Both the position numbers and the translations under genes were made by a program. From positions 1 to 62,167 of the IMG/VR virus record IMGVR_UViG_3300032373_000007: 62,167 bases of DNA. One strand, 5' to 3'. Below the pieces are notes generated by a model. It did no database searches, was not told the origin of the DNA, and was given only the letters and a program-made list of their open reading frames with translations. Below, piece after piece: positions 26,122 through 35,996 of the stretch (position 1 is its first letter; each line of letters starts with the position of its first letter). The stretch is from a virus. Lineage: Duplodnaviria > Caudoviricetes.

Positions 26122-26540
26122 GAGCCAACCCCAGAGACGATGTCGAGGTAGGCGTAGCCGTCGTTGTCGGTGCCACTGTCGTGGTTCGGGAAGTAGGTAG
26201 CCTTGCCATCAGGCGTGTAGGCGAATGCGCCTGGAGCGTCGCCTACCTCGGTGCTGTCGGCGACAACTGCTGCCGCATGCCGGTAGATCCGCGTCTTGAC
26301 GCTCGTCGCAGTGGCCGACGACTCGCAGAGCTCAGGGTTGTAGGTCGTGCCGGTGGCCCCAGCAGTCACCGCAGCTCGGACGCTCAGCACAGTCCAGCGC
26401 TTCGGGAGGCCCTCGATCAGGATGGCAGAGTCCGCGCCGCTGCTCTCCGCGTCCTCATACTCCAGCTCGACCCGGTAGTGGTCACGGCCTCCGACTCGGC
26501 CCGTGTGGACAACTCTGTTGCGGGTGACGCTGATAGCCAT
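26118..26540 (-). CDS. putative virion protein
   Basis: GAGG RBS; late operon. Confidence 0.6.
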   Translation of the reverse strand: MAISVTRNRVVHTGRVGGRDHYRVELEYEDAESSGADSAILIEGLPKRWTVLSVRAAVTAGATGTTYNPELCESSATATSVKTRIYRHAAAVVADSTEVGDAPGAFAYTPDGKATYFPNHDSGTDNDGYAYLDIVSGVGS

Positions 26541-26549
26541 GGATGCCTC

Positions 26550-27446
26550 TCAAGTGTAGGACGAAGGCACCGAGGCGTAGCCCAGGTAGATCCCGCCACC
26601 AGGGCGGAAGATGGGCCCGGTCGCGCTCTTTCGCCCTTCGATGTTGTAGGTCAGGGTCGAGTTGTTGCCTGCGCTGTCGGAGCCGTGACCGGCGAGCGTG
26701 TCGACCTGGGCGTAGATCTGCGAGGCAGTCCCGGTGTGCAGCCCGTAGAAGGTCGCGCCGCCAGAGTCCAAGGCGATGGAGTCGTAGTGCGTGCTGGACA
26801 CGGCGTCGTAGAGCTTCGACCAGCCCCCAGCATAGTTGCCGTCGCCGTCGCCGCTGGTGCCGGTGTCCAGGTTGGGGTCGTAGACCCAGACCGAGACGTT
26901 GCAGGACTCGGGCTCCGCTACCCCGGCCAGGATGCCAGAGGCGCCCGATGAGTCGAGCTGGATGGAGCTATACGAGTTGCCGTCTGCGCCGGCCACCTCG
27001 AGCCGCACCGCAGCATTCCCGCCAGCAGCCGTGCCCACCGTGACGGCGCCGCTCGTGTCGTAGAGGATGCAGTCGCACAGCAGGGTCAAGGTGCCGTCTG
27101 CATCGATCGCTGTCTTGAGCGCCACTAGCGCAGCATCAGCTGAGCCAGCGCCCGCCGATGTCACGGGCGTCTCGCCGTCCAGGCCCACCGAGTAGGTCTC
27201 GCCCACGTCGTAGGTCACGGAGAGGAACACGCGCCGGATGTGGGGCTGCTGCCGTAGCCCAACCCGAACCGCTGCGAGTCCAGCTCGGCCGAACCCCGCG
27301 TTGGATGTCGCCAGCGACACCCCGTCCGAGGATGAGCCTGGGACCTCCGTGTAGGTCAGCGACGTCAGCGGCTGTTTGGCCCAGGTCAGGTTCCTGCCAC
27401 CCCGCAGAACGGCTTCCTGAGATGCAGCCAGGGCGGTGCTTGCCAC
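26550..27446 (-). CDS. putative virion structural protein
   Basis: Gly/Ser/Thr-rich; preceded by the late motif and a GGAGG RBS. Confidence 0.7.
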   Translation of the reverse strand: MASTALAASQEAVLRGGRNLTWAKQPLTSLTYTEVPGSSSDGVSLATSNAGFGRAGLAAVRVGLRQQPHIRRVFLSVTYDVGETYSVGLDGETPVTSAGAGSADAALVALKTAIDADGTLTLLCDCILYDTSGAVTVGTAAGGNAAVRLEVAGADGNSYSSIQLDSSGASGILAGVAEPESCNVSVWVYDPNLDTGTSGDGDGNYAGGWSKLYDAVSSTHYDSIALDSGGATFYGLHTGTASQIYAQVDTLAGHGSDSAGNNSTLTYNIEGRKSATGPIFRPGGGIYLGYASVPSSYT

Positions 27447-27464
27447 GATGGAACCTCCGCCGGC

Positions 27465-27476
27465 TATGTAGCTGCC
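27465..27476 (-). promoter_or_regulatory. putative late promoter GGCAGCTACATA
   Basis: Motif recurs before structural genes. Confidence 0.7.
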
Positions 27477-27480
27477 GGCG

Positions 27481-27510
27481 TTGTCGTTGCACGACTGTCG
27501 CGAATACCAT
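27481..27510 (+). promoter_or_regulatory. possible sigma70 promoter for the lipoprotein
   Basis: TTGTCG-18 nt-TACCAT; no operator. Confidence 0.4.
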
Positions 27511-27545
27511 GAGGGGGCCCCGCGTAGAAGGGAACAGGAGGCCTC

Positions 27546-28223
27546 ATGCGACCACTGCTCACCCTGGCTCTGTTGACGGCCTGCGCCCCAGAGGCTTCAC
27601 CCGAGGCGGCCGCTGAGGGCACGGCAGTCGAAGGGGCCCACCAGGTGCTCGACGCCCAACCCGACCCCTGTGCGGGCCCAGAGCTGCCATACAACGGCCT
27701 TGACGACGACTGCGACCCGGCAACCCCTGACGATGACCTGGACGGCGACGGCTTCTCCGCCATGAGCGAGAACGGGGCCAAGGGTATCGACTGCGACGAC
27801 AGCGACCCCGAGAGCTACCCGCAGGCCCCGGAGATCTACGGCGACGGCATCGACCAGGACTGCGACGGGAGCATCGACGAGGGATGTGGGGGCCAGCAGG
27901 CAGACCTCGAGGTGCGGGGCCTCGGCGTTGACCAGCTGGAGCTCGGGGAGGTTGCGGCCGTCCTGCGCTTCGATGGTGATGGCGGCGTGTGCGAGGCCGG
28001 CGTGGACGGCATCGCCTCGGGGGTCGCGCTCTGGTTCTCCTGGGCGCCTCACTGCGACGGTGAGATGCTCTGGCCTGGGGGCTCGGCCTTCGATGGCCTG
28101 CCGCTCTACCTCTGTGCGGAGATGGGCAACGGGCCCGCCCACGTGGGGAAGAGCTTCACGGTGTGGGCGCTGACCGAGGATGGCCAGGAGGTAGATGCCT
28201 CGATCGATGTGGTCGAGGGGTAG
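27546..28223 (+). CDS. lipoprotein with putative metal-binding (MopE-like) DxDCD repeats
   Basis: AGGAGG RBS; lipobox LTA-C; NGLDDDCD, DCDDSDPESYPQAPEIYGDGIDQDCDG. Confidence 0.85.
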   Translation: MRPLLTLALLTACAPEASPEAAAEGTAVEGAHQVLDAQPDPCAGPELPYNGLDDDCDPATPDDDLDGDGFSAMSENGAKGIDCDDSDPESYPQAPEIYGDGIDQDCDGSIDEGCGGQQADLEVRGLGVDQLELGEVAAVLRFDGDGGVCEAGVDGIASGVALWFSWAPHCDGEMLWPGGSAFDGLPLYLCAEMGNGPAHVGKSFTVWALTEDGQEVDASIDVVEG

Positions 28224-28226
28224 CCC

Positions 28227-29570
28227 TCAGTCCATCGGCTGAGCAGACAGGTGAGGGTAGCGCAGGAAGGACGCGCCGCTCGCAGGAATCAGGTACTGCG
28301 TCGGCCCGGCCTGGCCCCGATACAGGCGCACCAGAGACTTGTCGGTACCCCCATCCTGCCCGAAGATGAACACGGCCTGCCCATCGCTGGCGACGCTGGT
28401 GATCCTCCGGTAGGTCGAGGCGCTGTCCCCGTCGGAGTATCGCCAAGCCTGGGCCAGGGTGCGCTTGTCGAATGCCTGCACCTCCCCATCGGTCGTGTCG
28501 TCGATGGCCACGAAGACCATGGACTGATCCACAGAGAGGCCCACAGCAGTAGCCACGCCGGCCGCCAGGTCGAGCAGGTCGCGGCTGAGCACCAGGACCC
28601 CGTCACCGGCCCCGTAGACCGCCAGCTCGTCACTGCCGCCCCCAGGGTACGCCGCATAGACATGCTGGCCGTCGGTCGCCAGGAGCTTGGGCCCCGTGAC
28701 GGCCGTGGGTGAGGCGCTCCAGGCCCGGTAGATGTCGCTGCTGTCGTCGTCGCCACTGCTCGCCACAAGGCAGCGCAGGGTTGATGTGCCGGTGCCAGCT
28801 GACCCAGCCACGAAGAGGCGCCCATCGGCCACGCAGACGCTGTAGAGCGTTGCTCCGTGGTCATACTCCCAGTCGATCGTGCCGTCTGCGATGGCGTAGG
28901 CGGTGCACTGGTTCGTCCCACCACCGCCCGAACTGGTGGCCGACGAGACCACATAGACCTGGTCAGCGTCCACCGCGAGGTCGTAGCCGGTCGCACTGTT
29001 GCCCAGGAGCTTGTTCCACTGGCTCACACCAGCCCAGGTGAAGAGCTCCACATAGCTGCCGCCGGCGGTGTTGTAGAGCAGGGCCACATAGGTGTCAGAG
29101 CAGGCGATCGAGTAGGCGCCGCTTGTGGCCGTGGTGGTCGGGGCGAGCAGGGTGGGCGATCCGCCGCTCCCAGACTCCGAGAGCAGCCGGTCATCGACCC
29201 GCGCATCAGAGATGCCGTTGAACCAGGCCACCTGGTGGCCGTTGGTGACGATCTTGCCAGGCCCGAGGCCCGAGGCTACCGTCACCCTCGGCGTGCCCGG
29301 CTGGCCTGCGCCTGTCGTGTCCTCTGAGCAGGGCGCGTGCATCCCAGCGCTGAGATCATCAACGAGCGAGCCCAGGTCTGTGTAGGGCATCGCGGCCTGG
29401 GTGAGCTGGCCGACCATGTCTGCGAGCCAGTTGAAGTGGGCAGCCGTGATCCCCTCGTCGCTCGCGTAGCCGCTGCCGATGCGGGAGTCAGCAGGGCGGG
29501 TGGGGTAGTCAGCATCGGCTGCGGGGCGGTCCTCGCCCCAACCATCGAACGGCTTCAAGTCAGGTGGCAT
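28227..29570 (-). CDS. tail fibre/receptor-binding protein with beta-propeller
   Basis: Fibre-type N-terminus (GY...AAHFNWL); PQQ-like repeats (AYAIADGTIDWEY, AFDKRTLAQAWRY); follows the baseplate genes. Confidence 0.7.
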   Translation of the reverse strand: MPPDLKPFDGWGEDRPAADADYPTRPADSRIGSGYASDEGITAAHFNWLADMVGQLTQAAMPYTDLGSLVDDLSAGMHAPCSEDTTGAGQPGTPRVTVASGLGPGKIVTNGHQVAWFNGISDARVDDRLLSESGSGGSPTLLAPTTTATSGAYSIACSDTYVALLYNTAGGSYVELFTWAGVSQWNKLLGNSATGYDLAVDADQVYVVSSATSSGGGGTNQCTAYAIADGTIDWEYDHGATLYSVCVADGRLFVAGSAGTGTSTLRCLVASSGDDDSSDIYRAWSASPTAVTGPKLLATDGQHVYAAYPGGGSDELAVYGAGDGVLVLSRDLLDLAAGVATAVGLSVDQSMVFVAIDDTTDGEVQAFDKRTLAQAWRYSDGDSASTYRRITSVASDGQAVFIFGQDGGTDKSLVRLYRGQAGPTQYLIPASGASFLRYPHLSAQPMD

Positions 29571-29579
29571 CGGGCTCTC

Positions 29580-30188
29580 TCAGGCAGTCGTGTAGATGAG
29601 GCGGCTGAGGCCGGAGCCGCTGAAGCTCATGCCCCCGCCCCAGGTGTAGGCCGTTGGCAGGCTCTCGTAGAAGTCAGCGCCCTTGCCCAGCGGAATTGCG
29701 CGCTCGATGACCAGCCCCACGCGAGGGCGGATGCTGTCGGGGATGAAGGTCTCCCGGTTGCACCGGATGGAGAAGCCGCCATGGTACAGGTGCGTGTAGA
29801 GCACCGAGTCAGCCCGGGTCACCGTCCTGCACAGGATGATCATGGCGTCCTTGACGGCCTTCCCGAAGGGGAAGGCGTTGGCCATGGCTCTCGACTTGAT
29901 GATCTCCCTATACCAGTCGTCGGGCAGCCCGTTGCGCCTCTCGCCCACGATGGCTCCCCAGCGGTCCAGGTGGACGCCGTAGGAGCCCTGCAGAGTCCGG
30001 GTGACGAGCACCTCGAAGCCGAAGTCCTCCACGATCTGGAAGCCGTCGCCGATGCCGGCCATGACATGGTGCAGCATCCCGCCTTCGGTGCTGGTGGGGT
30101 CTGGGTGCTGGAGCAGGGCTCGGGGGATGGCCTCGAGAAGGTCCCGGGGCACGTTTTCGTTGTGGACGATGGCGAGAGGTGATCTCAC
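29580..30188 (-). CDS. baseplate wedge protein (DUF2612-like)
   Basis: GVHLDRWGAIVGERR...LPDDWYREIIKSRAMAN. Confidence 0.75.
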   Translation of the reverse strand: MRSPLAIVHNENVPRDLLEAIPRALLQHPDPTSTEGGMLHHVMAGIGDGFQIVEDFGFEVLVTRTLQGSYGVHLDRWGAIVGERRNGLPDDWYREIIKSRAMANAFPFGKAVKDAMIILCRTVTRADSVLYTHLYHGGFSIRCNRETFIPDSIRPRVGLVIERAIPLGKGADFYESLPTAYTWGGGMSFSGSGLSRLIYTTA

Positions 30189-31349
30189 TCAGCTCACCGT
30201 CGGCGTGCCGCTGAGCGTCGGCAGCTGCACAGCCGTGGGCGCCACAGACGTGCCCCCGTCCAGGGTGACGACGATGCGCCGGATGCCCTGCACCTGGTCG
30301 CTGACGTAGCACTCCACCTCGGAGTCGTAGATCGCCCTCCCGGGCTCGGCGTAGAGACTGAAGTAGTCGGCGATGGCTTCCTGGATGCCCGTGGTCAGGC
30401 TGGCCACGGTGTAGCCGGCGGCAGCGGTCACAGTCACAGCTGCCACGACTGCCAGCGACGAGGCATAGCTCCAGGCCACCGACTCGGTCTGCCCATCCTC
30501 CCGGGTCACCGTCGCCGACTCCGAGCCCATGATGCCCGTGCCCAGGCTCTGGGACCAGCGGTAGATGGTCTCCGCCAGGGACGTCTTCTGCGCGTCCGTG
30601 GGGGTCACGGGGTAGACGATCACCCCGAAGCTGTGGGGGTCGAGGGTGACCCCGCTCGATGTGGTCGTGCTGGCGCTGGGGTTGTTCACCACGGTGCAGT
30701 GGGTGACCCAGGACAGCTCCAGGACACGACCCCGGAGGGCTCCAGCGTTCAGCTGGCCGGGGTTGGCCAGGCTCCGCTCTTGGCGTAGGCGGTAGGCTGG
30801 GCCTGCCTCGCGATCCTTGCCGATCAGCAGCGAACTCGCCGTGTAGGCGGAGGACGTCCAGCCCGACACAACAGTGACGGGCGTGAGCGCCCCAGAGAGC
30901 GAAATGGCCCCGGGGGTCAGGCACCTCACGTCGAAGTCGCCGCCGTGCACGGTCGCCTCCTCGGTGAACTCCCAGAAGTAGCCTGCCGAGTCCTTCATCA
31001 CCTTGTAGATGGGCACGACGGTGGCAGCCATACCGGACAGCTCGACCTGGGCAGTCGAGTAGGTCTGACCCTGCCGGCCCGTGCCCCGGATGGCGCCGAT
31101 GTCGTCGAGGTGCACCCCGGTCGCCGCCGCGGGGTTCGTGGCGTCTGTGGCTGCCTGGATGTACTGGGCGATCTTGCCGCCCATGAGAGCCGCAGCGTCT
31201 ACCAGGACAGCCCAGGTCAGATCGTTGTCCCAGTCGATGGCCTCGAAGCCGGCCCCAGACAGGCGGCTGGCGATGAAGGCCCGCGTCTCTGCGCGAAGCT
31301 CTGCGGTGGTCGGGGCCACCGTGCCGGTCGAGTCTACGCCGTAGGTCAC
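30189..31349 (-). CDS. baseplate J/gp47 family protein
   Basis: YGVDSTG, NPAAATGVHLD, GKDREAGPAYRLR. Confidence 0.88.
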   Translation of the reverse strand: MTYGVDSTGTVAPTTAELRAETRAFIASRLSGAGFEAIDWDNDLTWAVLVDAAALMGGKIAQYIQAATDATNPAAATGVHLDDIGAIRGTGRQGQTYSTAQVELSGMAATVVPIYKVMKDSAGYFWEFTEEATVHGGDFDVRCLTPGAISLSGALTPVTVVSGWTSSAYTASSLLIGKDREAGPAYRLRQERSLANPGQLNAGALRGRVLELSWVTHCTVVNNPSASTTTSSGVTLDPHSFGVIVYPVTPTDAQKTSLAETIYRWSQSLGTGIMGSESATVTREDGQTESVAWSYASSLAVVAAVTVTAAAGYTVASLTTGIQEAIADYFSLYAEPGRAIYDSEVECYVSDQVQGIRRIVVTLDGGTSVAPTAVQLPTLSGTPTVS

Positions 31350-31370
31350 GGGCTGGCCTCCTGGTGAGGG

Positions 31371-31397
31371 TATGTAGCTGCCGGGCGAAGCTACATA
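31371..31397. promoter_or_regulatory. back-to-back divergent late promoters
   Basis: TATGTAGCT (31371-31379) and AGCTACATA (31389-31397) between divergent baseplate genes. Confidence 0.75.
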
Positions 31398-31402
31398 GCA
31401 GC

Positions 31403-31804
31403 ATGTCCCTTGCCATCGAACTCACCGACGCCTTGCAGGTCCCGAACCACCCACGCATCGTCACGGGCGACGACTACGTGATCCAGAGCATCCGGCTGGC
31501 GCTGGCACTGCACCAGGGCTCGGTGATCTCCGACTCGCGCAAGGGTCTGCCCTGGGTGACGTGGCTGGACACCGTGCCCTTCCCCTCGGCTGTGGCCTCT
31601 GCGCGCATCAGGGCCACCCTGCGGGCCATCCCGGGTGTGGCCTCGGTGGGCAACGTGACGATCACCGAAGAGCCCACGACGCGAGCCCTGGCCATCACCG
31701 TCGACGAGGTCAAGACAGACTCGGGGTCGATCCTGCGGGCGGCGAACAGGCAGTCAGCTGCGCGGTTCAACGCGGGCGGCTGGCGGGTGACGGTGGTGCG
31801 CTGA
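31403..31804 (+). CDS. baseplate wedge/sheath-initiator protein (gp25/gp46-like), inverted
   Basis: VTGDDYVIQSIRLAL...G...DSRKGLPW...IRATLRAIPGVASV; sits at the usual position between spike and J. Confidence 0.75.
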   Translation: MSLAIELTDALQVPNHPRIVTGDDYVIQSIRLALALHQGSVISDSRKGLPWVTWLDTVPFPSAVASARIRATLRAIPGVASVGNVTITEEPTTRALAITVDEVKTDSGSILRAANRQSAARFNAGGWRVTVVR

Positions 31805-31865
31805 ACTGGCGCTACGCGAGCAGATCGAGGCGCATCCCTGGCGGTCTCGAGGTCGTGGTGGCGCG

Positions 31866-32507
31866 CTACTCGGCCTTGACCTTGGACGCGCCCGTCGAGC
31901 CTGAGCTGCCGGCATACGTGGCGACTCCTGACACGCCAGCCCCAACGGTGACCCCTGCGTGCACGTGCGCCTGTATGGCCGTCCAGAGCCGGTTGATCTC
32001 CGCCTCCACAAGGGATGCCAGAGCTACAGCATCCGACGCGCTGGAGCTCCCCAGCCGAATGTCAGAGGTGCCCCGGTCCCAGAGCACCACGGCGCCAGAA
32101 TCGTAGGCTTCAGCGTCCAGGGGCGCACCTGACGGGCTCACCCCAGGCAGGAACACCGCGTCCGAGACGTCGAAGCGCCTAGGGTCAGCCGGTGTGGTGC
32201 CCGCCAGGCCGGTCGCCTTCCACTCGTCGATGGAGCGGTCGCAGATGACGGCCATGCCGGTGTCTCCTGCCTCCAGATCCCAAGTGATGCCGAGCCACTG
32301 CACGGGCACGCTCGGGGTGGGCTTGTAGGTCCGCACCTTCGTCTTGCCCCGGTTGCTGGTGCAGTAGGGGATGGCGATCTGGATCACGGCGGTTTGCGTG
32401 GCCCGGTCGTAGGTGACCACCTCAGCCGGATAGGCGACCTTCACGGGACCGCGGGCGCTCACCCCCATACGGTCGGCGAAGTCTCCTCCTGTGGGCTTGG
32501 CTGTCAA
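31866..32507 (-). CDS. baseplate spike (Gp138-like)
   Basis: PAEVVTYD, GDTGMAVICDRSIDEW, RRFDVSDAVFLPG, C-terminal HVH. Confidence 0.85.
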   Translation of the reverse strand: MTAKPTGGDFADRMGVSARGPVKVAYPAEVVTYDRATQTAVIQIAIPYCTSNRGKTKVRTYKPTPSVPVQWLGITWDLEAGDTGMAVICDRSIDEWKATGLAGTTPADPRRFDVSDAVFLPGVSPSGAPLDAEAYDSGAVVLWDRGTSDIRLGSSSASDAVALASLVEAEINRLWTAIQAHVHAGVTVGAGVSGVATYAGSSGSTGASKVKAE

Positions 32508-33328
32508 CGTGGCCTCCCGATCGCCTCGACGTAGAAGTCTCGGCCGTGGGTGCTGCCCCGGAAGCTCACATCCTCGGCGACAAAGTCCCCGTTGACGTAG
32601 CGCGACACCACCCGGAAGGGGCGGCCAGGGCGAAGGGTCGGGGCCAGCAGGGCGCGGATCTCGACCCGGCCCTCGTCGCGACGGATAGGAGAGCCGACCA
32701 AGTTACCCGGGTTACTTGAGCCCTCGCCGGACCTAAAGATGATGGCCGACTCGCCCGAGCTGCTGCCAGATGGGTAGACGTGCAGAGCCCGGTCTCGGGT
32801 AGTGACCACCAGGCCAGCGAGCCCAGCCACGCGCCGCAGCTGCTCACGGACGGGCCCGGAGAGCATCATGGTGGGCAGCCTCGGGTCGGCATCGCCCAGG
32901 TCGAAGGTGCCCAGACTCAGGCCCATCGCGTCGGCTGCGAGGGCGGCGAACTGCTCGATGGTGGTCTCGGCGTTGTAGCTCTCGTCCAGGTAGGCGGAGC
33001 GGTACTCGCGGCCCCCGTCCTGGGCCTCGATGGTCAGGATGGTGTCCCGGGTGCGGCTCTCGACCTGGACCCCGCCCTCGATGGGCTCGCCAGCGAACAC
33101 CAGCCGCGGGGCCTCGTCTGCGTAGCCGGCGTACAGGCGGACGACCGACTCGGCCTCCTGGGCCAGGGCGATGCTCTCGTCGTTGGCATTCCAGAGCTTG
33201 ATCTTGCCCTCGTTGGGCGTCCCGCTCTCGGTGCAATCCACGTCGAAGTCGATGCGCAGGCCTGTGAACTCACGCCCATCCGAGCCGGGGGTGCCGATGC
33301 GCAGCACGACGACGCGACCGAACGCCAT
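32504..33328 (-). CDS. baseplate hub protein
   Basis: LRIDFDV...PNEGKIKLWN...LYAGY...GLVGSP-like (NLVGSP)...LLAPTLRPG. Confidence 0.8.
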   Translation of the reverse strand: MAFGRVVVLRIGTPGSDGREFTGLRIDFDVDCTESGTPNEGKIKLWNANDESIALAQEAESVVRLYAGYADEAPRLVFAGEPIEGGVQVESRTRDTILTIEAQDGGREYRSAYLDESYNAETTIEQFAALAADAMGLSLGTFDLGDADPRLPTMMLSGPVREQLRRVAGLAGLVVTTRDRALHVYPSGSSSGESAIIFRSGEGSSNPGNLVGSPIRRDEGRVEIRALLAPTLRPGRPFRVVSRYVNGDFVAEDVSFRGSTHGRDFYVEAIGRPR

Positions 33329-33690
33329 CAGGGCACGGTGATGACGAGGGTGGTGGAGTCCGCTGACGTCGAGGGGAACTCTGCCGCCGGCACGAACTTG
33401 ATCCCCACGGCTTGGCCCAGGTCTTCACGCAGGTAGGGGTCTGGGCCAGTCACGTAGAAGCCCCCGTCGGGCTGCCCCTGGACGTTCACGCCGGCGAGGG
33501 GGTCAGCCAGGGGAGACACGCGAGCGCCTTGGCGCAGGGCAACGCCAGCAGCGTCGTGACAGTCCATGTACCAGGAGCCGCCTGCGATGCGGTCGAGGTA
33601 GCGGAAGACAAGGGTGTAGCGGGTGCCGCCGAGATCGATGCTGTAGCGGACGTTCCGGTCGGTCTGGGGGATAGGCAGCTTGATCGGCAT
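33328..33690 (-). CDS. baseplate plug-like protein
   Basis: YSIDLGGTRYTLVFRY...WYMD; position between the Dit-like and hub genes. Confidence 0.7.
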   Translation of the reverse strand: MPIKLPIPQTDRNVRYSIDLGGTRYTLVFRYLDRIAGGSWYMDCHDAAGVALRQGARVSPLADPLAGVNVQGQPDGGFYVTGPDPYLREDLGQAVGIKFVPAAEFPSTSADSTTLVITVP

Positions 33691-33693
33691 CGG

Positions 33694-34299
33694 TCACCAC
33701 TTCCCAAGGGCGCGGCCCCAGGACCAGAAGGTGCTTCCGTCCTCTTCGGTGGCTTCGCCTTCCAGGTCATCCGGCTCCGCCACCACCCCGTCCTCGAGGT
33801 CTGTATCGTCCGTGCTCTCGCCCACCTGCTCGCCCGCGTCTGACTCCTCCAGGAACTCATCGAGCACCGGGAGCACCACGAAGGTGGTCTGGGCGATGAG
33901 CACCTGGACGAGCTCCAAGCTGAAGGCCCGAGCGAAGCTCGCACCGTCGGTGCTGGAGTAGTCCCGGAGCACCATGCCCTCGCGGACCTCACCATCAGGC
34001 AAAACCACCGTCAGGGGCTTGTTGGCAGCCAGGGCCAGGAAGTCCTTGGCCGCCTGGATGCGCGCAGGACCCACAGGCTGGCCGAAGGTCCGGTCTTCGA
34101 AGGGGGTCTGTGTGACGGTCGCACGCACCCGGACGGTGCCAGGCAAGGAGTAGGCGTGGTCCGTGACCGGGACCCCATCTTCCAGTGGGTGATCGGTGAC
34201 CTGGCTGCGGTTGCCACGGAAGAGGCCAGCAGACACGCCGTCGAAGCCCCAGGTGGTGCCGTCGTCGAGGGTCAGGGACAGAGGAGGGGTGACGGCCAT
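33694..34299 (-). CDS. Dit-like baseplate/tail-tube initiator
   Basis: SQVTDHPLEDGVPVTDH. Confidence 0.75.
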   Translation of the reverse strand: MAVTPPLSLTLDDGTTWGFDGVSAGLFRGNRSQVTDHPLEDGVPVTDHAYSLPGTVRVRATVTQTPFEDRTFGQPVGPARIQAAKDFLALAANKPLTVVLPDGEVREGMVLRDYSSTDGASFARAFSLELVQVLIAQTTFVVLPVLDEFLEESDAGEQVGESTDDTDLEDGVVAEPDDLEGEATEEDGSTFWSWGRALGKW

Positions 34300-35996
34300 C
34301 AGACCACCCCGCCGTCAGCTGCGGCCATGGACTGCAGGACGAAGCTGCGGACCTTCTCGGCGGCCTGGCTGGCCACGTCCTCGGGGTTCATGCCGGCGGT
34401 GATGTGCGCGGTGAAGCCGCCGAGGCTGACGGAGCTGGACGCATCGACGGTGGTGCTGGCCTGTGGACCCCCAAGGGCGCCTGAGTCCGACGCCAGCCCG
34501 CCCACCATCGAGCGGGCCTGCCCCCCCAGCCCGCCGCCCCCACCGATGCCGAGGATGTCGCCGAAGTTGCGGGCAGCATCGAGGCCCACCTCCACCGTGG
34601 CGAGCAGCTCCTGGATCTCCCGCAGGGCGTTGGTGATGCCGACCAGCAATGCCTCGAGCATGGTGAGCGGCTTGATCGCGCCGTCCTCAATACTCACCCC
34701 CATAGCCTCGAAGAGTGCCGCGACCTGGGGCCCGAACTGGTCGATGAGCGGCAGGAAGACGTCGCCGATGATGTCGCCGAGCTGCTTGCCGGTGGCCACG
34801 AACTGCTCGAAGAGCCGCACCATCTGACCCAGGGTGCTGTCGGCCTCTCGGTTGTTGGCGATGAACTCACCGAGCGCCGAGTTGGTGCCCATGAGGAAGG
34901 CTCGGAAGTCCTCCATCGCCAAGGGGATCATGACCAGGGTCGCGGCGATGCCGGCCAGGGATGCCCCGACCACGATGATGGCCGCCTCGAAGAGGAGCAC
35001 CACGGGGTTGAGGCTGAGCAGCAGGGAGCCAAGGGTGGCGATGGCGCCCACGACCCCGGCGACGCCCAGGGCGCCAGCCAGGCCAAGCGCGGCCAGCGTG
35101 AGGCCGGTGAGGATGGTTTCCAGGCCACCCAGCTGCTCGGCGAGCTCGTAGGCTTCGGCCCCGATTTCCACCAGCTCCTCGAAGGCAGCAGCCAGCCCGC
35201 GCGCCCAGAGCTCTACCTCCTGCACGATCAGGTCACGGTTGGCCAGATACCATGCCTGAATGCCCTCGATGAAGTCGTTGAGCACCGGCAGCAGGTCCTC
35301 GGCCAGCTCGTTGCGGAGCGCTCCCGCGATATCAAGCAGCCGCGCCATATTGTCCAGGAACTGCTCAGACTCCCTGGCCTGCTCCTCGCCGATGACCAGG
35401 CCGAGCGCCGTGGCCTCGTCCTTCATGGCCGCCAGGGCGTCGCTGCCGCCCTTCAGGGCCGTCACCATGCGGGCGCCCACCTCCTCGCCATAGAACGACG
35501 TGGCGATGGTCAGGCGCTTCTGCTTGTCCTCGGTGGTCGCCATCACATCGGCAACGCGGTCCATGATCTCGGACTGCCCGAGTAGGGCCCCGTTGACGTC
35601 GGTGATCTTGACCCGGGTCCCGTCGAGTGCCTCCAGGTAGTCCTGCTCTGCGGCGATGGCCGACTGGACCTTCTGGTTCTGCATCCGCAGGGCGTTCAGG
35701 CGCTGCTCTTCCTTGAGCCCAGCCAGACCCAGGGCGTAGGACAGGCGCTGGTACTCCTCGACCTGGAGGGCTACCGCGTCGGCGTTCTTTGCAGCCTCGT
35801 TGCCAGCCATGGCAGACGTGGCGATGAGCGCAGTGAGGCCCACCCCAGCGGCAGCGAAGCCGGCCACCGAGACCTCGAGCAGCCCGGAGAGCTCATCGAG
35901 CGCCGTCTGGAAGTCGTCCAGCAGGTCCATGGACCCGGCGTCTGCTTTGATGCCCAGCAGGGCGAGCAGCTCTCTGACGACGACGGTCTCAGCCAT
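34299..35996 (-). CDS. tape measure protein
   Basis: 565 aa, Ala/Leu helical, hydrophobic central segment; follows the tail chaperones. Confidence 0.85.
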   Translation of the reverse strand: MAETVVVRELLALLGIKADAGSMDLLDDFQTALDELSGLLEVSVAGFAAAGVGLTALIATSAMAGNEAAKNADAVALQVEEYQRLSYALGLAGLKEEQRLNALRMQNQKVQSAIAAEQDYLEALDGTRVKITDVNGALLGQSEIMDRVADVMATTEDKQKRLTIATSFYGEEVGARMVTALKGGSDALAAMKDEATALGLVIGEEQARESEQFLDNMARLLDIAGALRNELAEDLLPVLNDFIEGIQAWYLANRDLIVQEVELWARGLAAAFEELVEIGAEAYELAEQLGGLETILTGLTLAALGLAGALGVAGVVGAIATLGSLLLSLNPVVLLFEAAIIVVGASLAGIAATLVMIPLAMEDFRAFLMGTNSALGEFIANNREADSTLGQMVRLFEQFVATGKQLGDIIGDVFLPLIDQFGPQVAALFEAMGVSIEDGAIKPLTMLEALLVGITNALREIQELLATVEVGLDAARNFGDILGIGGGGGLGGQARSMVGGLASDSGALGGPQASTTVDASSSVSLGGFTAHITAGMNPEDVASQAAEKVRSFVLQSMAAADGGVV

